DNA of 64,000 bases from the human T2T-CHM13v2.0 reference genome, Homo sapiens, in NCBI RefSeq assembly GCF_009914755.1, contig NC_060930.1. The stretch is one strand, 5' to 3'. The first letter of the stretch is position 1, and every line of letters begins with the position of its first letter. Under the pieces are notes generated by a model. The model saw only the letters and a program-made list of their open reading frames with translations. It did not search any database and was not told where the DNA came from. Made by a program: the position numbers and the translations under genes. This document shows positions 49,560-64,000 of this stretch, piece after piece.

Positions 49560-50470
49560 GGTACAAGAATGACATTAAAATGAACATATTTCCATCTGGA
49601 TATTTTAACAGGCACCTCAAGTTTAAAGCATATGAAACTGAACTTGATTCTTTCTCTACAAACCTACAGCTATCAGTTTTCCTCATTTTCCTGTTCTCCA
49701 GGCCAAAAACCATGAAACCACCCTTGACTCCTTTCTCTCTTACATCCTATAGCACACAGGTAAAAGCAACTCCTGAGGTCTTTTCCTCCACAATGCACAC
49801 AATATAGCCAGAGTCCAGCCACTTCTCATCACTTCCACTGCTTGCACCCTAGACACCAAGCTGTCACCATCTTCCCTTGCCTGATTACCGCTATCTCCTA
49901 AATTGTGTCCTGTTTTGTCTCGCCTTCTTTTGGCCTATTACCATTAGGAGAGCCAGACTGATCCAGTTAAAAAGCAGGCTCAAATCATGTCACTCCTCCA
50001 TTCAAACCTTCGATTGGCTTTTCATCTAAGTCAAAGAAAGTCTGACACTGCCTCCTGTTACTATCCTACCACTGCTACCTTTCCCTGCCAAATTTGCTAA
50101 CTAATTCTATTCCAGGTATTTGCCTGCTATTCTAGTAAAAGCAGGTCCTGCCTTAGGGCTCTACATTTGCTGTTTGCTGTGCCTTAATTTTCCTTCTGGA
50201 TTTGTACAGCTGAATTCATCTCCTTCAAGTTTTCACTCAAATGACATTTTTTTGGTAAGGCCTTCCTTGACCATCCTATTTAAAATGGCACTCTCTCCAC
50301 CCTTTCCCAGCTTTATTTTTATTCACAGTATTAGTTACTTTCTAATATAAGAGTTATTTTTTATCTCCCTTTTATCTCCCTTACAGAATGTAAACTCTAT
50401 AGCAGCAAAGACTTTTTTACTGTTCAATCTCCAGTGCCTAGAACAGATCCTGGCATACTGTATCCAATTA
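49560..50470 (+). mobile_element. L2 fragments
   Basis: tcaaatcatgtcactcc, ccttccttgaccatcctatttaaaat and cagtgcctagaacag L2 3' segments. Confidence 0.7.
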
Positions 50471-50764
50471 ACACTGGCTGAATGAAAGTATACACAATTT
50501 CTTGTGTGATAGAAAAGGAAGGAACCACTGAGGAAGAGCCATAAGATCAAACCTGGCTACACAGAGAGGGATGGCAAACAGGAAGCCTGCATTGAAGCAG
50601 GAGTCAATGGGCAACCATTTATTCACTGATAGGGCAAAGTGTTCGAAAGGGTTCACTCTCCTCTACTTTATCTAGTGAAGACGGTATTAAATGCATACAC
50701 ATCTGAAATAGTCAGACTCTAAATCCAGACTTAGTAAACTTCAAATGGAAGATGTAATACTTCA

Positions 50765-50926
<162 letters not shown>

Positions 50927-51547
50927 TCATAAAGCTCAGAGTGTAAGACTTCATTTAAATATCCAAAGAAGTGGCAGGTAAATCCATAAAATGTAAGACA
51001 AAATAATATTTTTAATAAAAACAAATGTAAAACTGTTTATTTATAATTTTATTTTCTGCCATAATAGAAGATAGTTTATAATGAAAAAGTTTATTTGCAT
51101 GTTCACACTTAATTTTATTCCTGCAGCACACTTAAACACTACATATGTAAACTGTAAAGTAAGTTAATTTATAACGCTGACTTACACAAAAAAAATCTAC
51201 CTTTGAGAAACCCTGAAACATTTAGTCTAAAATGAGACATTCCAAGAGTTCAAGCAAAATATATAATTTCAAAGCCAAAATTTATTTTAACATATATCTC
51301 TTCAGTTAAAGTTTTAACATATTTTAAACGTAAATTTACAAGGATGAACATAAAAACCCACGGGGTATTAGAAATGTCACATTTTCAAATGTCCTTATTT
51401 TAAAACTCCGTAATTTAAAATAAATTCCTTTTAAAAACAGCAACATAAATAAATATGCATGAACATATACATAATTGTAGAAAGTACTAGCTTAAAAAAT
51501 AAGCGATGAAAGAAATTTGAACCTTGACAGAATAATTACATATTTCA

Positions 51548-51679
<132 letters not shown>

Positions 51680-51932
51680 CTAGAGACAAATGGGAGGAAA
51701 TAAAGAATTTGTATTAAAATGTCAAGCTAATGCCATGCAATAATCAAAACAAACAAAACTAAAAACCAGTGGACAGGCTTTCCCATTTACACTAAGGCAG
51801 GCATGAAAATAAGCTTTGTAAGTTAAAAGCTCTAGAATTCTATTTAAAAATCAAGCTCACTATATATGCCTAGTATCTGCTTAATTAAAAAAAAAAAACA
51901 TTTTAAGTGGAGTGATTAAAGATTTACATGAA

Positions 51933-52117
51933 GGCTGGGCACTGAGGCTCACACCTGTAATGCCAGCACTTTGGGAGGCCAAGGCAGGAGAATCACTTGA
52001 GCCCAGAGAATAGCCTAAGCAACATAGTGAAACCCTGTCTCTTCAAAAAATATAAAAACGATCTGGGCATAGCCCATGACTTATAGTCCCAGCTACTCGG
52101 GGATGCTTAGGTAGGAG

Positions 52118-52148
<31 letters not shown>

Positions 52149-52557
52149 GAGATGGAGTCTCGCTCTGTTGCCCAGGCTGGAGTACAGTGGCGTGATCTTG
52201 GCTCACTGCAACCTTCCGCCTCCCAGGTACAAGTGATTCTCCTGCCTCAGCCTCCCAAGTAGCTGGGATTATAGGCACCTGCCACCATGCCCGGCTAATT
52301 TTTATATTTTTAGTAGAGACAGGGTTTCGCTATGCTGGCCAGGCTGGTCTCGAACTCCTGACCTTGTGATCCGCCCGCCTCGGCCTACAAAGTGCTGGGA
52401 TTACAGGCGTGAGCCACTGCGCCCGGCCAGGTAGGAGGATCCTTGAGCCTGGGGAGTGGAACCTGCAGTGAGCTGTGATCATGCCACATCATTTCAGCTT
52501 AGGTGACAGAGCTAGACCACATCTCAAAAAGTGTGTGTGTGTGTGTGTGTGTGTGTG
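51933..52557. mobile_element. AluJ (+) split by a nested antisense AluS (52123-52428), then (GT)n
   Basis: TSD aggtaggaggatcc at 52109 and 52429. Confidence 0.93.
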
Positions 52558-55500
52558 AGATTTACATTTAAAAAATGCTCTTATAAAAACACAGTTCAAG
52601 ACAATATTAAAAAGTGAGGAATGATCTGATAAAATTATGCAAATGTGAGCCTTGAAGTTAAAATAAACTATTTCATGAGAATCCAAAATCTAAGTAACAG
52701 ACTGAAAACTCATTTTCAGTAAACTGCTCAAGAAAATTTGACACTTTCTTTAACCTATAAAACAAAGTTAATGAGATGCCTATGACATTGCAATAGTAGG
52801 CACAATACAAACTTCCTACGGATTAATTCAAAGTGTTTAAATTTGATTGTCTCAAAATTTAGCATGAAACTGCCACAAAGGAATCCATTTTTTTTAAGAG
52901 GAACAAGACTCCCATTCTAAGAAGCTAATACTTTTCTTAAACATTTTTCATTACTGTAATACAGTTGATATTTCTAAACTTCATGAGAGTCTAGTCTAGT
53001 TAGAGGACTAAAGGAATTGATAATAAAGACTTCTGACTAGAATGAAAGCACAAAAGAAAGGATGAGAGAATGAAGACAATGGTAGCCTCTCAGAAAAAGA
53101 AGAAAAAGAGAGGTGTACCTAGGACACAGTAGGCCTGATCTTAGGGACTGAGACTCCCAGGGCAGAAACCAGAACCAGATCAAGCACCTGGCTTAACAGC
53201 AATAGACCAGCTGAGAAACATCACCAAGGGGGCCCAGCTCCTTCTATGAGGGGTCAGTTCACACTCTGTATATGCGGCCGCTAAAGACTGAATTTGAGAT
53301 CCTAAATTTTGAATATCTAGTCATGAATTAAGTTTATAATTTAGTGTGGAGGATAATGGCCTTTCAGTTTAAGTTGGAAACTGTTTTGGTGAGACAGTAC
53401 TGTGCTAACACCAAGCCCTTGCTAGAGAAAGCGAAGTTCCAGCATACCCTCTCTTATCTGACATATCTCCTTGCCTTATGTTTATCTCTGAATTCAAACA
53501 ACTTGTAACAAATTCTTTACATCTATTATACTAACAAATTCATTCAAAGTAATTTCTTGCCCCTACACCACAGAGAATCTGGACAGGGTTCATGTACTTA
53601 ACCAATCAACCTAACATTTGCCCTACAACTCAAAAATTATAGTTACAAATAATATTAACATTATAGATGGATGAAAGTTTAGATTTGTCTTATAATAATA
53701 AGTCATTCTCAGGAAAGTATTTATAAGAATACCTTTAAGATATTAAGTTATATGTTGGTTATAAAAACATGGCTTTAGGAGCAACTCTACTATTTTCTTA
53801 ATTTACATTTAATACCAGAAATAACTGTTAAGAAAATCAGAATTTACCTTTATAAGGCAAGATCAAAGGAGAAAAAAATGATAGTTCATGAGAAAATAAG
53901 TCTTATTCCAAATACAAAGCAAATTAGAAATTTTAAAAAAGAAAAACTTCTTAGATGCTTTAATTCATAACATTCATCTAATCTATATTCGACGTATGTG
54001 TATGTGTATATAAAATCAGATTTATAAAGCTTGGAACAGCTGGGAATGTTAACTAGCATTTTCATATATTTGCAGTGCAATCAATCACAGCAAAGACTAA
54101 CGCATTACACTTCTCATCCACCTACAATTTTCCTGTGTTTTCATTCATGTATATCCTAGCAGAAGCAGATTCTACCAAAGGCTACTAATTGACAAGCAGT
54201 TCAAGAAAAGAGATCAAGTTTCTGGAAACAAGACCATCAGAATCTCAATTTCATCAGAACTATGAAAGCTTAATAACTAACCATCTGGTTTGCAAATGGG
54301 GTCACTGCACTGTGTAGTGGTTGTCTCTAAATGCTACAGACCAGTTTGGAACTTTGCACTGACTTTTACTGAGCAAATGGCTAATTATTACAATTTAGTT
54401 TCTTTTTAATAGTCTGTTAAATATTTCCAATACTGTAAGAAATGTTAAATTCATAATAGAAGAGTAGAGTTTTTCCCCCCAGGTGATTCCCTTGTAATCT
54501 GAATGTGCCTTATTTACTTACTTATAATCCTTATTTATATAAAGCCTTGCAAAGGATCATGTGGGATTGTGGCTACAGGCTGTAGTGGGTCTGTAGATGG
54601 GTAATACTTCAGGTAAGTATCAAATGAAGGTTAAGAAACTTAGACACTGTAGGACACAACTAAGAGAAAGCAGGCTACTCTTCTAACCGAAAATTTAAAG
54701 TAAGAATACTGGTTGGGAAACAAAGTTCAGATTTAAGTTTGCCAACATAAAATAAATATTTCTAGGCATTAGATTATAAACATAAATATTTAAGAATGAC
54801 AATTTTTTAAAATCCAATTCAGAGGTCTAAATTCAAGTTTAAAATGCAAATTAATCACTCTATTTTCCTAGAGCCTCCTGACACACTAGAGATAACAAAG
54901 GAAAGTAATGAGCCACATAATTTTAGACACTAGAGCTGCAAATCTGAATATTATTTCCAAGAAATGTCAATAATATCACTGCTACTCAACCAACTATTTC
55001 TCTACATTTCCTGTCAGTCGTAGGTCAATTTATTTCGCTTCTGAGTTCTAGATTTTTATACATAATGTTCTTGCCTGGCCTGACAAAGAATCATAATACA
55101 TTGTCACTATTTTTTAAGGGTTAGAGAATATAATAGTTTCTTTATTGCTACATCTAACCTTCCTTCCCATATACTTTCATTAAGTACTTTCATATTAGCT
55201 TAACTGTACAATAATGAGACAGGAATAATATAGAGAATCAAAACTTAAAGCTTAAAGGCAAAACTTTAAACTTAAAAAGAAAACAAAGATAAAACTTCTA
55301 ATTTACAGAACTTGTCAATTCCTAAGAGATCTTAATTATAGCTGCCAATAAGCAGCAAAGTTTTCAATCATTGCCTTGTATTTCTCCTACATTTTTCAGA
55401 GACTAAAATAAAAAATAAATGCCTTAAATGTAGCAAGAAATGAGGAGCAAAAGGCAGAGATAATCTACATATCAACTGGTCCTTGAATACTTAATAGACA

Positions 55501-55573
55501 ATAAAATAAACATTTTAAAATTGTACATTATCTGTTTGAATTCAATAAATGTAACAGCAGCCTCTAGATTTCA

Positions 55574-55964
<391 letters not shown>

Positions 55965-56911
55965 TTATCTTTAAATGCCACTTCTTCAAAATCTCTTTAG
56001 ATGACAAGACCATTTTTACATTTAATTAATAAATGCTGGCTGTCTTTGATCAGATCATCTAGAAAGAACGACTTATGTCATTTTCTCCATATCTTTCTAC
56101 TCAGCTCATTTTAAAAATTCTGCCTTTACACATTTCTTCACTTTCTGCTTACTCCCTCTTTTCTTTTTGGAAAGTGCTTATTAGCACATCCTTGTCTTAA
56201 AAAAAAAAAAAAGACAGAGAGAGAAAGAAAAAGAAAAAGCAGAGAAGTGAACAGGGAGAAGAACGATTAACAGCTAAGGTTTTCAAAAAACCCAAGGGAC
56301 AGGTGTAGCATATATTAAATTAACTCTATGGGGACAGAATTTATTTTTTAAATCAGGATATGAACTTTGTAGCATTTTCAAAGCAACACAGTAAGCCACA
56401 AGAAGACAAGACAGAGGCTCCTTTGCATAAGCGGAATATTTGACCAACATCTTGTATTGCTGAACTTGATTCTCTCTAACAGGACTCAACATACTAATTA
56501 AATAAAAGCCATGTCATTTGGCATGTCAAAATAAAAGATGACATTGCATAAATAGTTACATATGTAGGACATATTACATGATGTGTAAGCATACAGATAA
56601 TACATAAAGAGTCACTACACTGAAATAAACAGTATGTATATAAAATATACACTTAATTAGCAAATGATAAGGTTAACAAAATAGATTGTCACAAAAAATG
56701 CTTCTCTAGACACATGTACCAGATTTTAAAAACGTAGTTTTCTCTCAACAAAATAACTAGAAAAAAGGAATGGCAAAAAATGTCTTTCCCACCATTAAGC
56801 ACACAAAAACCAAAAAGCCTGCCGCCACTTCCCTCTAAGCACTCCACTGAATCATGCATATCAGCTAAAAACGATAATGAATGGAAATTTGGGTTAATAA
56901 AATTAATCTCA

Positions 56912-57043
<132 letters not shown>

Positions 57044-58614
57044 TCAGCATGATGAGAAAGATGGAGTAAAAGATCACTGGAGAAGATTTAGCAAAGTAAT
57101 TCAGAGGTTGCACTGCAAGTTGTGTTTCATAGGTTTAACAAAATTCAGTAATTTCTATTTTTCCGTCAACATTTTATATTTATTCTGGGTCACTTGTAAT
57201 GTAAGGTGAGGAGTTCACAATCAAAAGTATAGTAATGATTTATTGCAATCTCTATGGAAGAGATTTAAAGCCTTACAGAGTTAAAATAAAACACAATACA
57301 GGAGCAAAGTCTAAGTGATATAAATGTCCACCAAGTAAAAATGCTAAAGAGGCATGCCTTGACTAAAGAAAGAAAGAATAACATCAAATTCTTCTTTGAA
57401 CATTCAAATGTTAATGTACTGATTTTGTGATCCTAATGAATCAAAGTTTTGTTCAAAACAAAGCAAGTCAGTGCGACTTGCCAGTGCGACCCCTGAAAGA
57501 TGATTCTATTATGTACGTGCACATATTTTACACATATGTATAGATATTTAATAAAATATAATTGAGATAAAATGCAAAGAATTCTGGAATTAATATATGT
57601 AGAGCTTATGTCAATCTGTAGCAAGTCAACCCCTGCAATCAGCACTACAAACAGGGTCATGCCAGACCACAAGACAGAACTGCCAATCAGACACCCCCGC
57701 TTCCCCACTCCCTACCCCATGCTAGAAAAATCAGAATGCGGCCACAATGAGAGCAAATCAAGCATCTGAGCATGAGTTATATACAGATGTATTTTGATAT
57801 GAAATACTACTCTTCTAAAAGAGGTACACAAAAAAAATCATACCTCTTAAAACAGGTGGAGTGATAAGTCAATATTAATTACAGTAAATTCCATTTGTTT
57901 TGGAGATCTTAGTAATAAAATGGTATAGAATTTTTACATTAAAATTGCATTAAAATTATCATTTAAATCTGATTCTTAAGAATTATCAGTTATCCTCTAA
58001 AGAGGAAAAAACATCTACACACATACAATGTATACACACAAATATTTACACAAAGACAAAACTACCCCATAAACCAAAATCCTCTTTGGGAAAGTATACA
58101 TTTTTATGCTTCAAAGTTCAACTTACTATTTAAAATAGTGACATTTAAGTTGAGAAGATATGTAAAAATTAAATATTAGCAAATGAGCACACTGGTGAAA
58201 ATTACCTACAAAAACGGCTAATACAATAATTCAACGACTTTTCCTACAGATTAGTTTTCATATGAAAATTAAGATATTCTGAGAAATACTGATCCAAAGT
58301 ATTTCATGAATTAAGAATCCCACAATAATTACTTTTATCATGCGGCATCACTTCAGGAAAGTTACTTATCAATATCTGTTAATATAATTAGTTTTTTCCT
58401 CAATAATTATTGTTACAGGGACACAGAAGGAAGTTTTAAAATCCTAATTAACTAACTGTGGAGAAAAGTTTACAGAAGATTTTTGCCAAAAAGAAGGTAT
58501 TTACTTGTGTACCTCATTTGGGTGGCATGAAGTTTAACTTTGTTTCACAAGACTGCATGTAAGTTACCTGGAGGACAAAGGGACTCTCTTATCATCTTCA
58601 TACTTAATTTTTAA

Positions 58615-58775
58615 GGGCTCACAGCTGTGGAACCAGACTACTGGAATCCCAGTTACGCTGTGCAAACTTGGGCAAGTTGTATAACTTCTCTGTGCTTCAG
58701 TTTCTCCATCTGTAACATATTATCTACCTCATAAGATTGTTCAGAGGACTAAAGGAGTTAATATATATAAAGAGT
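58615..58775 (+). mobile_element. MIR (a second MIR at about 60140-60320)
   Basis: ttgggcaagtt...ttctctgtgcttcagtttctccatctgtaa core. Confidence 0.8.
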
Positions 58776-60487
58776 TTGTTTTTGTATTGTTTTTTAAACA
58801 GAACTGACATATCAAAAGTGCTCCATAAAGGTTAGAGATTATTAGGGTCATCTCCTATACTGTCTTATCCGTAACCACAGGTGCTAAATAAATCTATGTT
58901 GAAAGATTACTAGTGCTTTCTGGAAGACAATTAAAATGTAATCTAAATTCCATATCCTAACTAGATATTTTTAGAAATATCATTAGATGTCTCAAAATCA
59001 ATGATTTATTAACATTTTGATTTTTCACATATCGAAAAAAAATTATGACATTCATGACCTCATTACCAAATACTATAAATAAAACTTTATGGGAATATTT
59101 AAGTAGGGAAAATGCAAGTACTACTACCTGAATTTAGAAGGGACTTCCATTTCTGTCTCTAATGATCACATACGATTTTATTTAGAATGAACATGGGCTT
59201 TAGATTTGAGATGCTTTAGAAAGAATGTTTTTATTTACAAACTGATATCAATGGAATACAAATATTCTTTTAATGTAATACTGGTTTTTAAAAAAGACAC
59301 AAGATGAATAGATGCAGCAAAAATAGTAGTGTCTCAACAATTACCTTACTTTCCATAAACCCTCTCTATTAGCAAATTCTTTCAAGGTGTAATCCCTTCA
59401 TCTAGAAAAACACTTGTATTAATGGTTTTGCATCCAATAGTAGGATGGATGGTGTGATGTTATAATGTCTCAGACACAAGTATCCTGGCTGCAATTATGT
59501 CATAAAGCAGGAAATAGTATAAAACCACCAGTTAGTTCTGTTTTCCAACTGTCCAAAATTATTAATATCTAGCATGCTCTTTAATCCAGCATTTTTCTGG
59601 CTTTAAAAGGCATGGAAAGGACAGAAGCTTAAAATTTCTTCCTGAAAGTGAACAAACTTTTGTATTTTTAGCATTTCCTACATGCTACAAAAAGAAAAAA
59701 AATAAGAAAAAAACGTAACTTGTTCACAAAGAAAACTGCTCTAATAGGCTACAGCAATGGTTTCCAAATGGAGCTCTCCAGGGCACTAAAATTTAACAGA
59801 GGGGCCTAAGCAGGTGTTTTAGGGGAGGCAGGGCCTCAGGTCCTCTTCCCTTATTCTGATCAGTGGCCCTTTTGATGCTTTACATAATGGAATTTCAAAT
59901 AAATTGGGGAACAGTGCATTTGTCCCAAATTCCATTTTGCATACTGTGCTTGGTCATATATGACACATCTTAATGCAGTTAATATGGCTAAACATTCTAT
60001 ATTGAAGAAAACTAATTATACAGAGTTTTCAGGTTGTAAAACATACTTTCTTCATATGGAAACTGAATCAGTCACTTATTTTATCATTTCCAATGCTAAG
60101 ATCCCAAATGTACTATTACATACCTTGTTTACAGGACTGAGAAGGCAGTGTGACACAGTGGATGTGGCAGTTGACTAGATATCAAAGGACTTACGTTCAA
60201 ATCCTAGCTCTCGTCCCTCACTGGATATGAGATCTTGGCCAAGTCATTTACCTTTTGATGGTTAAACTTTCTGAATCTGCCTCTCTAAACTCACAAGGTT
60301 TTAATGGGGATAAGTGGTGGAAATCAAATGACAGAATATATACTTTGAAAACCTCGAAAAAGTCACATAATTACAAACATTTATCATAGTATATCTGATA
60401 TGTTCTCTCAATTATGCATGCATGCTGGAAGAGACAGACTGAAATTGCCCTCTTTGGAACATCTTACCTTAAAAGAGTTAACTTTTA

Positions 60488-60643
<156 letters not shown>

Positions 60644-62809
60644 TTAAAAATAGAGAAATTCTCTATAAAGACTACATTGTAGTTTATTTTAGGCATATTT
60701 ACTTATTAAAAAAAAGCCAACCGATGATTTTCATAAGTAGTAATATATAATCTAAATCTCCTTTCCTCATGTTCTCAGAGTAAGCATTTTAACAGACATT
60801 ACTTATTCCTGCTACTTATGGTCTACTCAAAACCACAGCTTTTCATGAAAATAAAATCTAGTTAGGAATAAAAAGAAGGTTATACATAATAATATTGCAA
60901 TAGGTCACATGCTTTAAAATAATTTTCTGATAACAGAAATAGATTTATACCAGTTTCCCAAAGTGTATTCTATTCCATGGAATACTCATCAGTAAGGTGG
61001 CTTTGAAAAATTAGGTTTTCTGCTCAAGTAAGTTTGGGGAAACAATAATTCTCTGTTGGAGCATCCGTATGCACATTTGTATATCAAGACTTGTGATGTC
61101 TCAAAGTTTAAAATAAGCTTTGTTTAAATCACTTTTTTTTTTCCAGACACACATCCTTTTCATCAAATAAAATCCTTCAGTATTCCCTTGGAATATACTT
61201 TGGGAACTGCCAATTTATACTAATTCACTCATATATCCTCTACAAATCTCCCTTGTTAACAAAAAAACAGAACATACTTGCAAGGCACAAAGCAGAAGGA
61301 GAGAGTCCCCAGCCACGGGAAAAAAGCAAAGTCAATAAGCTCTGTCTGAAACTTAACTTTTATTATTAAGCTCACTAGCACTTACAGACTTAACTGAGAT
61401 AGTTACAAATCCATTATACTATTTCAAAATGGTTTTTAAAGTATTTTGAGGTATCATATTCTACTTTTAAGCATAGTTAAGCTTAATTTAAAATAACTCT
61501 AAATTATATTTAAAAACAGAAGGAAATTTCAAAGGTCACTAAACTCTCATTCCGATTCTTCCAAGCTGGCTTTGAATATAACCCCAGTCAACAGGGAGTA
61601 CCTAATCGGTTTAGAACTCATATCAAAAATATCATTACAATATCATTGTGTCTGACCATGGGCAAGTTGAATGAAACAGCACCTGAGTTTCTCCATCAGA
61701 AAGACAGCTGCCATTAAATGTTAGCACTATACTTCAGATTTCTAAATAGACATCCATATAATATAAGCTAGCAATGTATAGCTTTTAACTTCTCAATCTA
61801 TTCATCAGTAAATCCTTTAAGTTTTAGTGCCTAACATAGGGCCTAATACATACGGGCACTCAGGTATTTACTGAATCAGTTGCCTTGTGTATTCTTTTTT
61901 ATTTAACTTCATTCACCTTTACTGCCATTTTCCTAAGACCACAATTAAGTACTGACAGTTGAAAAAGTTCTCCAAATGTCCTTTCTGCTACTGTTACATG
62001 CCTCCCTCAAAATATTTCCTTTTTACTTACCCAGACGTTATACCTTTATAATTATACCACATTGCAAGTTCTAATCTGCAGTCCAGAATTGTATTCTGAT
62101 TGATTTTTGTTTTCTAAGATCAGAAATTATTTCTTTCTTAAGTCCTATATCTTCTCAATAGAAGTGTCTGGGTAGTACAGAAGTAGGAAGACTTCACATA
62201 TTATTCTATGAAGACCTCAACTCAAAGTTCTTAGAGAAGAACTTATGAAAAAATTATTTAGGATAAACAATAGTAGCAAATTCCTCATTGGATAGTTTTC
62301 ATTGGGAAAAAAAAATTATGAAACTTTATCCCCAGTGATAACAAAGGGAAAGGGAAACAGTAGCTATAAATTTGACAATATACTGAAAGTGAAAGTCTAC
62401 CAGGAGAATAATAAAGAAGTATCTTCAAGGGATTCCCCAAAGCAGGTGAGTACTGAAGAAAATAAACAGAATTAAAACAGTATTAACTACAAGATGACTA
62501 ATTTTCGAAAGAATTTATTTAAAGCAAGACTCTATTACTTTATTTTTAAACATCAATCTTAGGGCAATCTGCAAGTCCTGGTTGGGTTTTCAAGACCACA
62601 GTTCTCATGATTTCTTCTACTGACAAATTTAGGGCCAAGCTGTACCACACCCCCACCTCAGGGCAGTTATGATTTGGGACAGATTCTGGGAATATTTCTG
62701 GTTCACTGGTACAAAGCTGAAGTGGGTCTAGCTGCTTGAGGCTGCAAAGTGAAATGCTAGTCACCCAAATAATTATACTTTACCGCTATTTCAATAGAGT
62801 TATTTTCCT

Positions 62810-63780
62810 AGAGTTGTAGACCTCAAACTGTGGACCACAGACCCCTTTCTAAGAGTCCCCAAGACTCTTTTAAAAGAGACCTGAAAGGTGAAAACTATTC
62901 TTGTAATAATGCTTTTCCCATGTTGACATTTGCACTGAATCAAGGCAGTGGCGACAAAATATAGTTATTGTATTCTTCACTTACAGTTATTGTATTCCTT
63001 ACCCCCCCCCACATACATAAGCATTAAATATAAATAAATATGCATGCTGATCTCACTTATGAATGTTCATGAAGCAGTACAAATTAATTTTATTAAATCT
63101 CAGCCCTAAAAACACATCTTCCTCTGTGTGTCAAAATGGGAAATACATACACACAGCATTTCTGCTGCATATGTAAGTACAATGGTTGTCTCAGAGAAAA
63201 GTACTTGTGTGATTCAGTTGTAAGCTGAACAAGCCACTTTTTTCGTGGAACACCATTTTTCCTGAAAGAACAGCTGATAATCTATAATAATTCGGACTTG
63301 GGTATCGCGCGGGCATTTTTTCAAAAATGAACAAAGTGAGCTTGTCATTTCAAGGAAAGCAATGTTTTCAGTATTTGTTTCCAATGGTTACTAATGACAA
63401 TGCTGAAGGTTTCAAGGGAAAACTCAAATTTTGGAAAATGTATATCCACGTCCATAATCTCAAGAGCTTCCAGCACTTAAAGGCTTGATATGTTGTGAAA
63501 TCAGCAAATGCACTTTTTAAATATTTTTATAATGAAAGATGTCAACATCTGAAAGATCTGTGTAACTCAATGAACTGATATTTTACAAATATCCAATGCA
63601 TTACGGTATAAAATCAAGTTAAAGTACAAAAAAATGCATTAAAGTGGCTTCAGTTTCCACACTGCAAGTAACCTTTAAGAAATACCATTTGTGCTTTGAT
63701 GTAGTACCAAAGAATAATTACGTTATCTGAAAAAGCCATGAAATAGTCCTTCCTTTTATTGTGTGAGGCTAGATTTAATT
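62810..63780. mobile_element. Charlie1-like hAT transposon remnant, followed by a MER58-like element to the window end
   Basis: caaactgtggaccacagacccc start; acagcatttctgctgcat, cagggaaa-like transposase remnants. Confidence 0.7.
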
Positions 63781-64000
63781 TGGAAACTTTTTCTATATTA
63801 GGCCAGATAGTAACTATTTTAGGTTTTGTGGCTATAAGGTATCTGTTGCAGCAATTCAGCTCCACCATTATGGTGCAAAGGCAGTCCTAGACAATTCATA
63901 AATAAGTGATGAGCACTGCTGTGTTCTAATACAATTTTTATGGACACTGAAATTTGAATTTCATACAATTTTTAATGTGTAATAAAATATTATTCTTTTC

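Noticed and set aside
59345-59401. Pseudo-exon on - (tttttctag|ATGAAG...AAG|gtaatt) with an in-frame TAA
   Set aside because: Such AG...GT pairs are common by chance in AT-rich introns and nothing else supports it.

Overview
Human intron-rich genomic DNA (AluYb8 present) containing the convergent 3' halves of two genes. On +: ECT2L, nine spliced coding exons encoding a linker and a DH/RhoGEF-PH module, stop at 33170-33172. On -: REPS1, twelve coding exons from 60636 to the stop at 35609-35611, encoding the proline-rich region and C-terminal coiled coil. I assembled exons by hand from AG/GT boundaries and all splice phases are consistent; gene names rest on my recognition of the proteins. Introns hold about 35 Alus, MaLR/ERV1/ERVL LTR fragments, L1/L2/MIR, DNA-transposon fossils, a full-length SUMO2 processed pseudogene (8617-9920, -) and a 43-bp minisatellite (42111-42465). 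Nearly all of the supplied ORF track is Alu- or repeat-derived noise. Best leads: an in-frame 126-nt ECT2L exon (723-848) that looks like the second half of a Dpy-30/RIIa-type docking motif and has a G-run-disrupted acceptor; degenerate catalytic positions in the ECT2L DH domain; a possible recursive/poison exon in REPS1; and overlapping 3' UTRs. I see no evidence of a wholly new multi-gene system. Repeat boundaries and subfamily names are by eye and approximate.
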